A stretch of 64,000 nt of DNA from Chrysemys picta bellii (Eukaryota): positions 2,604,001-2,668,000 of the forward strand of contig NC_088810.1 in NCBI RefSeq assembly GCF_011386835.1, written 5' to 3'. The translations under genes were made by a program, and so were the position numbers. This document shows positions 13,199 to 24,976 of the stretch, piece after piece (the first letter of the stretch is position 1; each line of letters opens with the position of its first letter). Below the pieces are notes generated by a model. That model saw only the letters and a program-made list of their open reading frames with translations, searched no databases and was not told where the DNA came from.

Positions 13199-13552
13199 TT
13201 AGCACTATAAGTGAAATCTTCTGGGACCAGCTTCCCAGCTCACAGGTGACGTTGCAGAGGTAGGATCCCTCATCCTGGAGGCGAACGTCGCTGAGTCTCA
13301 GGGATGCATTTCCCTGGGGGAATTTCTGTGGATATAGCTGTGTTCGGCCCCTGTAAGCCTCTTCCTGTCCCTCCAGCCAGTTCATCTTCAGATAGAATCT
13401 GTGAACCAGGAGACCCTGGCCCTGGGCTCCTTCCTTTGTCCAGGTGATGCTCAGTCGATGGAAGCTTATCTTAAATTTGGACGGGAAGATGCAGGTCAGG
13501 GTGACGTCTTTCCCATACTGAGCTGTGATGGCTGTCTCCTCTCCAGCAATGC
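13199..13552 (-). CDS. IgV exon 1 (B7/butyrophilin-type V-set), unit 1
   Basis: 354 nt, phase 1-1 (CCTTTAAG|GC ... CTAA|GTACGG). Translates IAGEETAITAQYGKDVTLTC...ITW...YRGRTQL...DEGSYLC. Confidence 0.92.
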
Positions 13553-14356
13553 CTTAAAGGAAAGCGAAGATCAACATCAGAGTCTTTCATCCTCCAACCT
13601 CCACCATGACCCCCAAATCTTATTCAGAGTCACTGGTCCCCAGGAGAGAGCCCCCCAGCCTGTAAGTTGGGCCAACATACTTTGAATCCTAAGGAGGGAG
13701 CAAAGAAGTGTTAAACTGCTACCTTACTAGTTGGCCACCATCCTAGTTTTACAGCTTTCTGAAGGCCAGATCTTGTATGTCCACCAAACCTCGTCTTTTG
13801 GGGGGTGTAAAGCTAGTTAGAGGAATGCTTTTGGAACAATTTATTGGCTAATGAATAAACAGAGAAAAAATAAATGAAAAGGTGGCATGTTCCAAACTGA
13901 TTAAAGGATGTACTTTTTCGTGGAACAGTGAGCTTGTGGAACTCCCTGCCACATGATGTCATTGAGCCCAGGAGCTTGACAAGATCTAAACAGGGATTGG
14001 GTGGTTAGCTGGATAACAGGGAAAGCCAGAGTTAGAGTAGTTAATGCTAACATACATTTTGGAAGTGAGACTGAACCTCACGCTTAAACCAATCTCGAGT
14101 TATAAAAGATTAGCATGAGACCTCACATGTCGGGCAGACCATCCACAGCTATGGAGATATATATATACTGTGTATATAAGTTTTAAACAAACAGTTCAAT
14201 ACTGTACACAGCAATGAGGATTGTGAAGCTTGGTTGAGGTGGAGGAGTCAGAGGGTGGGATATTTCCCAGGGAGCCTTACTGCTAAATGATGAACTAGCA
14301 CTCGGCTGAGCCCTCAAGGGTTAACACATTGTTATTAATGTAGCCTCACACTCTAC

Positions 14357-14414
14357 AAGGCAGCACAAGAGGCAGGAGACACAAAAGACGCATGGCAGTG
14401 GCTGCAAACATTCC
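14357..14414 (-). CDS. Candidate signal-peptide exon, unit 1 (MRLLCLLPLVLP)
   Basis: Acceptor TTTCCGCAG|, Kozak-like TGCCATG at 14393, hydrophobic peptide. The only in-phase donor (CCTT|GTAGAG) is weak. Confidence 0.5.
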
Positions 14415-14538
14415 CTGCGGAAACTGAACGTGATGATGAACCCAGGTTATCCCACTGGAGCGCACCACTCCCTCCCCTTTCCAAAGTGCCGGGGTGTGTG
14501 TGTGTGTGTGTGTGTGAGCGAGACAGAGAAACAGAGAC

Positions 14539-14871
14539 NNNNNNNNNNNNNNNNNNNNNNNNNNNNNNNNNNNNNNNNNNNNNNNNNNNNNNNNNNNNNN
14601 NNNNNNNNNNNNNNNNNNNNNNNNNNNNNNNNNNNNNNNNNNNNNNNNNNNNNNNNNNNNNNNNNNNNNNNNNNNNNNNNNNNGTGTGAGTGTGTGCGTG
14701 AGACAGNNNNNNNNNNNNNNNNNNNNNNNNNNNNNNNNNNNNNNNNNNNNNNNNNNNNNNNNNNNNNNNNNNNNNNNNNNNNNNNNNNNNNNNNNNNNNN
14801 NNNNNNNNNNNNNNNNNNNNNNNNNNNNNNNNNNNNNNNNNNNNNNNNNNNNNNNNNNNNNNNNNNNNNNN
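14539..14871. other. Assembly gaps (N runs 14539-14683 and 14707-14871) within a TG/AG microsatellite tract
   Basis: Seen directly in the sequence. Confidence 0.98.
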
Positions 14872-16048
14872 TTTACGTACGCTGACCCCACTCTAAGTAC
14901 ATTGCCTTTTTAAGTAGATCAGCAAGTTGAGACAGCAGCTGCTGCCAGCATGCTCCCTCCGTCCTGAGCCCCGTCGTGCCCCCCACTGCTCCGTGTAGAT
15001 GGGGTACAGGAGTGGGGGGCAGGAGCGGGGGGAGAGGGACACCCTGACATCAGCCCTCCTCTTCCCCCCCGCCCCGCACAGCAAGCAGGAGGCTCCGGGG
15101 AGCAGCTCCAAGGCAGAGGGCAGGAGCAGCACATGGCAGTGGGGGGAGGGACACCTGAACTGCCGGCAGTCGATAGCCTGCTGGGCAGCTGCCGCACAGG
15201 GAACTCAGGGGAGCTGATAGGGGGGGCTGCTGGTCCACCCTGGCTCCAAGCCCCCCCCCCGCCCCCCCAGCTCCAGCAGGCTGCTCTTAAAGCAGGCGGC
15301 TGCCAAAGGACGTTAGAAGGGAGCACTGCACAACTTTAAACGAGCCTGTTCCCTAATTGATCAGCGACGTAACCACGAAACATCGTTAACCGGGACGCCG
15401 TTCAGTGAGGGGTTACTGTAATAACGCACAGCACTGAGCCCAATGGGGCCTTGGCCAGGACTGGGGTTCTTGTGTGTTACCGTGATACACCTAATAAACA
15501 GCAATCAGAATGGACAGCACCGAGCAAAGTGGGGGCCTGGGTTGTGACGGGGCTCCGGGGCACTGAAGTCGTTATCACCAAAGGCGAGCAGAGCTGGAAT
15601 ACTTACAGCAGAGAGTCCACAGCACAATCGAGTGAAGTGAGCAAACGAGACTGACTCTCATCATGGTGCGGAGCAGCCTGCGTCTGCAAGCGAAGGCGGG
15701 ACGGTCTCTGAAGGGCTGGCTCCTGCCCCAGGCGAGCCGCTGAACGTCAGGAATGAAGGCACCGGGCGCGATTCTCCTCTCGCTCACCCCAGTAGCGCTC
15801 AGGTGTAACGCCGGGCTGGTTCCGATCTCTCATCTCCTATGTCATTTAATAGCCAAGAAAGCAAAGCGATTGCAGACGTATTTGGCAGGGTGCTGTGGAA
15901 ATGCTTTTAACAAATGCAGACCTGGTTTCTCACTAATGCTCACACCTCTTTTGCTGGGTGTAAATTACATTCAATGCAATTCCGTAGCAGGAATCCAATT
16001 CTCTGACATCCCAGGGGAAGCCGAAATGAAGCCCCAGCCCCTCTAGAG

Positions 16049-16443
16049 CAGCGGCTCTCAACCTTCCCAGACTACTGTTGTTCCCCTTGCAGGAGTCTGA
16101 TTTGTCTTGCGTACCCCCAAGGTTCACCTCACTTGAAAACGACTTGCTCACAAAATGAGACATAAAAGTACAAGTGTCACAGACGCACTACTCCTGCCAA
16201 AGTGTTTCCTTTCTCATTGTTCCCATATAATTATAACATAAATCGATTGGGATATAAATATTGTACTTGCATTTCAGTGGACAGTCTATAGAGCAGTGTA
16301 AACAAGTCGTATGAAATTTCAGTTTGCACTGACTTCGCCAGTGCTTTTTATGTGGCCTGTTGTAAAACTAGGCAAATATCTAACTGAGTTGATGTACCCC
16401 TGCGAGACCCCCAGGGGACGTGTACCCCGGTTGAGAACCACTG
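16049..16443. mobile_element. hAT-type MITE
   Basis: Termini CAGCGGCTCTCAACC...GGTTGAGAACCACTG; 8-bp TSD CTCTAGAG/GTCTAGAG. Confidence 0.82.
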
Positions 16444-16801
16444 GTCTAGAGAAAGGGGATTGTTTTCTATTACAAATAGAAAATGGGGGAGGGTGTTTCT
16501 GTCCTGGGAACTGAGGGCTTGTGCCTCTCCCAGAGAACGTGTCTTCCTGGTCAGACTGGAGAGCCTCCCCCATGGCCACGTGCTGCCCGGGGTCCTGCAA
16601 AGGGTGGCCTCACCCTGGCTAACTCGATGGCCCGTGTGGAGCGTTGATAGCAGAGCCCAGCTCTGTGCCATTATTCATCGGTATGTGGCGTTCAGGACAC
16701 CTAAAATGGCTGCTAGTCAGCAGCAGCTATAGTGCCTCTTTGGCCTTCCAACAACCAGCCCCCCGACAAAACAAGACCCAAAGCCAAGAAAGGCCACTTA
16801 C

Positions 16802-16915
16802 CGGCTTCCCTCCCGGGAGCCCCAGGTGCGCCCACTCAGCAAAGAGCTTACAGAACCGGAGTGATTTGTGTTCGGTTTCCCATCTCTCTCCTGTCTCTCC
16901 CACTGACGCCGAGCA
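16802..16915 (-). other. Putative non-coding exon 1, unit 1
   Basis: Strong donor GCCG|GTAAGT ~127 nt downstream of an ISRE; the 5' end is approximate. Confidence 0.55.
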
Positions 16916-16928
16916 GGGTGAATAATCT

Positions 16929-16941
16929 GGAAAGTGAAAGC
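16929..16941 (-). promoter_or_regulatory. ISRE/IRF element, unit 1 promoter
   Basis: GGAAAGTGAAAGC (+) = GCTTTCACTTTCC (-), matching the GAAANNGAAA consensus. Confidence 0.7.
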
Positions 16942-17519
16942 AACTGGCAGGGTTTTTTTTCCTGTTTGTCTTTGAAAGCAGCGAGCAAACAGCCCAGTTC
17001 CAGCGCTGCTGTTCCCAGCCAACGAGCCTGGACGTCGACCCCAACCAAGAATCCTGAACATCACAGACAGTGGGAGATTAGGGGCAGATCTGCACTAGAA
17101 ATTGACATCGGCACAACTGCACCGTGGTAGCGCATCTGGGGAGACGCTCTAAGCCGACGGGAGAGAGCTCACCCTATAACTCCACCTCTGTGAGAAACGC
17201 TAGTTATGTCGGCAGGAGACACTCTCCCATCCACATACAGCTGTCTACACTGGGGGTGTGTGTGGATTTTTCACACATCCCCCCCAAGCGACGCAATAAG
17301 TGTGTAGTGTAGCCCTGGCCAAAGAGCTGAAGGGGATGCTGCAAAATTTTCTTGGTGGACGTTCTTTGACTCTTGCCAGAGGGTTTACTCTTGCCCTAAT
17401 GGGGTCCCCTGGCAGAGAGCTGCGTTAGCTTGGCAGGAACTGGTCAGTCTCAAGCTAAGAGGGCTTGCACATACTCAGTCCTTGGCTAGGAAAAAAATCC
17501 AGAGAGCACTGCAGGGAAC

Positions 17520-18240
17520 GGAGTTAGTAATCCAGTACTAACGGGCGCTCTCCCCAGGCACTCAGGGCTGGCTCTGATGCCCCCGGCTGGTGCTTGGGGG
17601 TGCTGTGCTGCAGGGAGCAGGGTGGGGACTCTCCCCTGGCAGTCAGGGCTGGCCCCAATGCCCCAGTGCTGTGCTGGGGGGGCTTTGCTGCAGGGGGCGG
17701 GGTGGGATGTCTCCCCTGGCAGTCAGGGCTAGCCCCAATGCCCCTGCTGGGTGCTAGGGGGCGCTGTGCTGCAGGGAGCGGAGCAGGGGTTCTCCCAGGC
17801 AGTCAGGGCTGCCCCGATGCCCCAGGGTGGCGCTAGGGGGCGCTGCGCTGCAGGGGGCAGCGTGGGGGCTCTCCCCTGGCACTCAGGGTTGGCCCCGATA
17901 CCCCAGGCTGGCACTAGGGGGCGCTGTGCTGCAGGGGGCTGGATGGGAGCTCTCCCCTGGCACTCAGGGCTGCCCTGATGTCCCAGACTGGCACTAGGGG
18001 GCGCTGTGCCGCAGGGGGCAGCGTGAGGGCTCTCCCCTGGCACTCAGGGTTGGCCCCAATGCCCCAGGCTGGCACTAGGGGGCGCTGTGCTGCAGGGGGC
18101 GGGGTGGGGGCTCTCCCCTAGCACTCAGGGCTGGCCCCAATGCCCCAGGCTGGCACTAGGGGGCGCTGTGCTGCAGGGGGCGGGGTGGGAGCTCTCCCCT
18201 GGCAGTCAGGGCTGCCCCGATGCCCCTGCGGGGCGCTAGG
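17520..18240. repeat. G-rich minisatellite, ~81 bp unit, ~9 copies
   Basis: Period 81 seen at 17980/18061/18142; unit GGGGCGCTGTGCTGCAGGGGGCGGGGTGGGGGCTCTCCCCTGGCACTCAGGGCTGGCCCCAATGCCCCAGGCTGGCACTAG. Confidence 0.9.
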
Positions 18241-18589
18241 GGTCACCGATCTCCTTTCTCTGGTGTTTCCAGAGAATCATGGCCATGTCAGGCTGGATGG
18301 GATCATCACGTCCCCCAGCGTGAAGGAGAGTGCGGGGGGAGGTGTCACCGAGGGGCTTGTCTGGAAATGCACCCAGTGGGCGATGGCAGCTGGCAGCACG
18401 GGCCGACCCGAGGTGGGAGTGCGAACGAGAGACGAAAGGTCGGGTGGGGATTGGCCGTGAAGGCCCGTCTGAGCGAAGAGAAGCAGCTGATGTTTGAGGA
18501 GCTGGAGAAGGGGGAGCCAGTGCAGGGCTGCAAAGCAAAGAGAGGGGTGATGCAGACAAAGCGGTGGGCTCGGGGAGTGATCTCTGCAG

Positions 18590-18780
18590 CAGCTTTCTGA
18601 ATGCCAGGATGGGCAGGGATGGTGTCCCCAGCCTCTGTTTGCCAGGAGCTGGGAATGGGCGACGGGGGATGGATCACTTGATGATTCCCTGTTCTGTTCA
18701 TTCCCTCTGGGGCACCTGGCATTGGCCACTGTTGGCAGACAGGATACTGGGCTGGATGGACCTTTGGTCTGACCCGGTCC
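18590..18780 (+). mobile_element. CR1 LINE 3' end fragment
   Basis: GGCATTGGCCACTGTTGGCAGACAGGATACTGGGCTGGATGGACCTTTGGTCTGACCC, a CR1 3' UTR also seen at 27120-27325. Confidence 0.75.
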
Positions 18781-18949
18781 AAACGCTGGACTTTGATTTT
18801 GTATATACTCCGAAGAGTAATGTCTATTATATGCGTTGCTCATTACAACAGTATATCCTTGGGCTTGGCAGAATTCAGCTCATAATATTGATGTTTATTT
18901 TTAAGCCTTTTGTTCGATTTGTATCTATTTAAATGTTCACAGTTGCGGG

Positions 18950-20102
18950 TGTGATGTTGCACTCTATATGATTTGATAAAAATATGCTAATGAGTGTGAA
19001 TATGATGTAACTGGAATATGCTTCATGCAAAAGGTCTCTTGTAAGGTATCATTACAAAGCTTATAATCTACTGAGTGTGATCATCCTATTTGTATAAATG
19101 TATCACTCTTGTATCTGAAACTAGAAATATGAAATATAACTCTGAGGGCCTATTGTAATTATGCAAAGTGTGGACCATTAATGGTGGTTTGGAATCTTGA
19201 TGACTCCCATTAGCCAGGACAATTGACTGTGGATGGCTGTGTTTGCTTGCAGGCCTTCCTGTGAGTCAGGCTGGGAGGAATGAAGGCTTGGGGTCTTACA
19301 GTGACATGTGATCATGTCACCTGAACTGGAATCCATCTTTAACCTGGTGCTTTTCCATTGAGAAGGAGGGGGTGGGAACGCAGAGAGGGACAAAGGATTC
19401 CCGCCTTGTGCAAAAGATATATAAGTGAGTGGAACAGAACACAGGGAGAGCTATCATGAGAAATCCCCTAGCTACCACCTGAGCTGGACCAAGGGCTGTA
19501 CCAGGGGAAAGGATTGTGCCCAGACTAGGAAGGCGTCCAGTCTGTGAAAGAAACTTATTGAAACATCTCTAAGGGTGAGGTTTTATCTGTATTCAGTTTA
19601 CTAGACTTAGACTTGCGTGTTCTATTTTACTTTTGTTTGATAATTCACTTTGTTCTGTCTGTTACTACTTGGAACCACTTAAAACCTACTTTCTGTATTT
19701 AATAAAATCACTTATTAATTAACCCAAAGTATGTATTAATACCTAGGGGAGCAAACAGCTGTGCATATCTCTCTATCAGTGTTATAGAGGATGAACAATT
19801 TATGAGTTTATCCTGTATAAGCTTTATACAGGGTAAAATGGATTTATTTGGGGTTTGGACCCTATTGGGAGTTGGGCATCTGAGTGTTAAAGACAGGAAC
19901 ACTTCTTAACTTGCTTTCATTTAAGTCTGCTGTTTTGGGGCAAGTAATTCAGACCCTGGGTCTGTGTTGGGGCAGACGGGCGTGTCTGGCTCAGCAAGAC
20001 AGGGTGCTGGCGTCCTGAGCTGGCAGGGAAAGCAGGGACATAAGTAGTCTTGGCACATCAGGTGGCAGCTCCCAGGTGGTTTCTGTGATCCAACCTGTCA
20101 CA
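18950..20102. mobile_element. Solo LTR
   Basis: TGTGATG...TGTCACA termini; 5-bp TSD GCGGG/GTGGG; the 3' half is shared with 43070-44394. Confidence 0.8.
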
Positions 20103-21764
20103 GTGGGAAAGTATGAAGGGGGATCAGATACTAAGTGTTCAATGACAGTAGATGCTGAGATTCAAAAAGTGAAAGCTTTATAGCCATTAAAACAAAAATT
20201 GTCAATATCGCATGTCAAAATACACCAAGTAAATAGTCTTAAATCAAACTCTGATAAGTTCTCAAGCAGCGTTTCTCTGACTCTGCCGGTCTGTACATTT
20301 CAGTTATTATCAATGGAAATATTTTTTCCTCCATTTGTGGGTGTCCAGTGAAATTGACGCTTACCGACATTTACCAGTAAAAACAAATCCTTCCACGCCT
20401 GTAATGAACAATCTCTCTTTGTAATGTTTCCTGGTGCACGTTTACTGCAGTACTGTTTCAAACAGCACCTTCGCAAAGAACACTAGCGATCCACTAGTGC
20501 ACACCAGCAGCACCTACACAGAGAAATTAATGCGCCACATGATAGTGCGGTTTAGAAACCACACCCCTGCCGTCAGCGTTACCGCTCGGTGTAGATACAA
20601 GTAAACGTTTCTGGTGTTCTGGCGGGATGTGCTGGATAAACACCATTTTGGTTTCGTATCAGTTCAAAGAGCGCAGTGATTGTCTCGGTTCACCCACGTA
20701 CTTGTTATTGCTCAATATGCTACACAATGTGTCCCAGCTTGTATTTAGCTGTGATATTCTGATGCCTTTCCCAGACCTGAAGATGCGCTCTGTGTCAGCC
20801 CCGAAACTTGTCTCTCTCCCCAGCAGAAGTGGGTTCAATAAAAGCTATTCCCTCTCCCGCCTTGTCTCTCTAATATCCTGAAACCAACACGGCTACAACA
20901 ACGCTACAAACAACACCATTTTGTTGTCATTTTCTAAGATCGCTCTGGCTATTCTCATTAGATGTACAAATGGCCAATCCCTGTGAATCTTGTTAAACTC
21001 TTTGCCTTAATCGAATCATAGAATATCAGGGTTGGAAGGGACCTCTGGAGGTATCTAGTCCAACCCCCAAACAACATCATGGGGTGGTGAGTTCCAGTGT
21101 TCCCTGTAATTTTTTCATGTCCATGCAGAATGACTTTTGTTATGTGCACCACTATGATACATCACCTCCATATTGGTGCACATAACAAAAGTTACTCCAC
21201 ACATGGACAGTGTGTGGCGGGACTGGGGCTGAGGGGTTGGGGTGCGGCCGGAGGGCCTCAGGGCTAGGGCCCAGGATTTGGGTGCAGGAGGGTAAGGGCT
21301 CTGGCTGGCAGTGCAGGCTCTGGAGTGGGGAATGAGGGGTTCAGCGTGCAGGAGGGGGCTCAGGGATGGGGCAATAGTTTGGGGTCTGGGGTGAGGGCTC
21401 TGGCTGGGGGTGTGGACTCGGGGGTGGGGCTGCCCCGGGGAGAGAGGACAATCCCCAGCCCTCTCTCACCGCAGCAGCTTGGGGCCAGATGAGCTGCACC
21501 TCTCTCCTGCCCCGGCAGCTCCAACAGGCCCTGCCGGGGGGAGAGCGCCACTCCCCCGGCTGCAACAGCTCCAGTTTGGGGCTGGCGGGCAGAGGTGCCA
21601 CAGAAGCGCTGGGTTGGGGCCAGCTGGCAGAGGCTCCTCTCCCCGGGCCGCCACAGCTTCAGGGCTTGGGGAGAGGCATCTCTCCCCACAGCAGCCCTGA
21701 ACCCCTGTGCGGGGCTTAATAGGTAGCATGGCCATACAGCTTAGAGGGAACTTAGGTGAGTTCC

Positions 21765-22065
21765 ACACGCTGTGTGAAAAAGGAACTCCTTTCCTCGGGT
21801 TTGAATTTCCCAACCTTTACTTTTATTAAATGCTCCCTTGCTCTTGTGTTAGGGGACAGGGAAGACAGAAGCTCCAGATCTCACTTCTCTGTCCCAGTCA
21901 TTATTTTATAGACTTTTATGCTGTCCCCTCTTCTTTGTCTCCTTTCTAAGGGAACCCCAATTTTTTTTCAATCTTTCTCCATAAGCACGTTTTTCTCATC
22001 CCTTGATCATTCTCATGGTTCTTCTCTAAACCCCCTCTGGTTCTGCCAGGTCCTCTTGGAGATTT
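21765..22065 (-). mobile_element. Old CR1 ORF2 3' fragment immediately downstream of the truncated IRG
   Basis: The minus strand reads AGAGAAGAACCATGAGAATGATCAAGGG...CACACAGCGTGTGGAACTCA, resembling a degraded CR1 ORF2 end. Confidence 0.65.
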
Positions 22066-22162
22066 ATATGAATATTTTCAGTATTATAACTTGAAGCAAG
22101 GGCTGGTTTCTGACTCTGCATGGCTGCTTTTTCCTTGTGCAAGATTTTTGGGGAACAAGAGC

Positions 22163-22857
22163 TCAGCCAGCCAAACGACTCCCCAATTCTTGCTGTAATA
22201 TTTCCTCTAGGAGAGGAAAGTCGTGCCGGCCATATTCAAAGTTAGACAGGAGAAAGACCTGTGGGGAAGTCACCCCTTCTCTCTGCAAGTCTTTCACGCA
22301 AGTGTCTCTGATTCTCTGCAGAATTTGCTCTTCATTATAGGTAGAAGGCCGATTCCTCCGGGCAGCAAGCAAGTTCCTGTCGACCTTGGAGCGCACAAAA
22401 TAAACCTTCTTCCCTGCTCGCTGGATCTTCCGGGCCAGGCCAGTGTGGGTGGCTGTGAAGTGACGGGAGGAGAAGATGAGGAATACATCGTATTGGCTCA
22501 AACTGAAGAGATCGTGGTCCATGTCTGATTGACGTGTCATCAACCCGAACCCCGGCAGGTCCCATATGGTAACATTGGGTTGTTTGGGAAGCTGATAAGA
22601 AGTTGGTACCATTGTCGTTTCCACCACCCCGGTTTTAGCAGCACCTTCCTCTTCATCACCCAGGCCTCTAATGACATTGACAAAGGATGATTTCCCAGCA
22701 CCCGTCTGCCCCAGGAGAGCGACGCTTCGCATGGTGTTTTGTGATGACCCCCCATCCTCCTGCCATGCAGAATCTGCTTCAGAAAGGTCACTTGTGTCAG
22801 AAGTAAATGTGTAGCTCCAGGAATCGGCACTATCCCCGTCAGAGTCCAGCCTCTGGC
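22163..22857 (-). CDS. Terminal coding exon: acidic linker plus IRG G domain, C-terminal helical domain missing; unit 2
   Basis: Acceptor TTTTCCTTTTCCAAG|GC (phase 1); open for 41 codons before ATG 22732. G1 GQTGAGKS, switch I KTGVVETTM, G3 WDLPG, G4 SKVD. Stops after QELGSRLAG. Confidence 0.88.
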
Positions 22858-22955
22858 CTTGGAAAAGGAAAAGAAACGTTTCAATTACAGTTGGCTTTAA
22901 AAGTCCCTGTTAAACATGAAACTTTCAACTCTTATTTCAGCCTTCAGTGACATTC

Positions 22956-23516
22956 TGTAGAGGGCTGGCTCGGCTGTTCCCCACGCATGGCTGGGACGCG
23001 GCTGTGGGCTGCCAATTCATAATTCCCCGGGGGGCATTGCCAGCCTCTGTCATTTACAACATCCAGTACATGCCCATATCTGTACCTGCCCCTACCTGAA
23101 GCTGTTGGCTTGTTCTCCAGAATCGTGGTGTGACGGGGTAGATTAGGCCCTGAGGCCCCCTGCTGGAGGGACCCCTGATGGGTCCTGCCACACCCTGCCC
23201 CAGAAAAAAGAGCAGTAGAGAGGTCCTCCAAGCAGGCTAAGCAGGCTAGAGTGGCTGCAGGGGAAGCAGCCAATCAGGGGCCAGGAGGGCCATATAAAAG
23301 GAGCTGCAGAACAGCGCAGCAGGCAGGTGCTGTGTGGAGCTCAAGGAGTGAAGACTGGGTGACTGGCTGGCTGGCAGAGTAGCAATTCATAGTGAAGACT
23401 GTGTGTGACTTGGCTGGAGGGCTGAGTCACCGAAGAGCCACCAAAAACAAAGAAGAGAGTGAAGGCACATGCACTCAGCCAGGGGGCGCTCACGAGGGGT
23501 GAGTCATCCTGTTACA
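22956..23516 (+). mobile_element. Solo LTR with CCAAT and TATA boxes
   Basis: TGTAG...GTTACA ends; CCAAT at 23270, TATAAAA at 23293, and a GGGTGAGT donor near the 3' end. Confidence 0.6.
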
Positions 23517-24976
23517 CGCGGCTTTCCTTTTCCTTTTTTAAAGTAATTCTCTAGCTGTTACACTTGTGAAAACAACATCAAAATAATGAGCCGAGGGTAA
23601 CGGATGGAGAGATGAGTCTACAGACAGCCTGGGACAACAGATGTCAGAGGAGGGACTTCCCACGTGTAACTGATGGAGCAACACCTGCCTGAGTCTGCAG
23701 AGAGCCTGAGACCATTGCTGGCCTAGCAGTGAGCTGCAGGTCAGGATCGAGGAGCACTGGAAGAGCTGTGGAGGGAGCCCAGAGCTGGGGCAGTAGCGGG
23801 GCTGCAGGTCAGGACTGAGCCTCATTGGCAGAGCCGTGAGGGTGGAGAGCTAAGGGCTGGGGTGGCAGGGGGGCTGCAGGTCAGGACTGAGCTGTGTCTC
23901 TGCCTTTTCTAGTGTCTCCTTCCCTTGCCTTCCGCACCCACAAGTTTGATTTACACATGGAAGTGACATTTTACCATAGATCATACCCTATCCACAGCCC
24001 AGTGTGGCTGGGAGCCAGGAGACAGCATGTGTGTGTGGGGGACACAGAGGCATTTCCCTTCCCAGCCACTAACAGACCCACTTGATGCTTTTCTCTCAGC
24101 TCCAGGCTCTGTGGGGAAAGCCGTTTTCAGCATTCTGAGCTCCCCTGGGGCTGCCTGCTTTGCTGAGGCATTCGCTCCCAGCTGCAATGCCGTGGTACCC
24201 TGGGGGGACAACACATTTACTAATAGATCCAGGACCAGAACCTGGTCTCCGGGTGTCTCCTGCCTGTTCAGCTGGATGGGATGGTCGGGAATCGGGGCCT
24301 GTAGCAGAGCTGGTCTCTGAGCGCAGCCATCCTGGAGTACGCTCCTACTTGGCCACCCCGCCCGATTAGCTGGAAGGCTCAACAGACCAGCTCTGCTTAA
24401 AGATGTGACTAAGCAATTACATGCAGAATGAAGCCACTTTCCGCTTGCTGGGAGCCGGCTTGGTGGCTTCATGGCACCTGCTTGTTCCTAGCCCTGCTCC
24501 AGCCTGGCTCCTCTCCAGGGAACCTGCCTCGACCCGCAGCCCCAGGCCCTGATTTCTGACGGGGAGTAACACACAAGCACACCAGCCCCAGAACTTGTAT
24601 TAGAGTCCAAACATGGATCGGGGCCCCATGTAGCACTGGGCACTGCCACCCCCTGACCGAAATCAGGGCTGCATATCAAGATCCGGGGTCCCGGGGCGCT
24701 GGGTGCTGCACAAACCCAGTGAGACATTCCCCTGCCCCTAAGAGCGTCTGATCTATTTAACATCTTCATTCTGATCTGGAAGAGGGGAGCAATTTGTTAG
24801 TTACATGCCTAGATACGAAATTGGGAAGAAGGCAAACACGTGTGAGAAATAATCCACAGAGAGCTAGAGAGTTAAGAAATAATGAGAGGTCTATGAAATA
24901 AACATGCCTAACTCATTCTTTTGAACTGGTTTTCCTTCTTCTGTGAAAATAGCGCTGCTTACAAGTGGGACTTTAC

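Noticed and set aside
14346-14913. ORFs containing runs of X
   Set aside because: Artifacts of the assembly gaps.
17520-18240. Regularly spaced repeats resembling CRISPR arrays (also the 39-bp arrays)
   Set aside because: The units are contiguous with no unique spacers, there are no cas genes, and the DNA is vertebrate; they are minisatellites.
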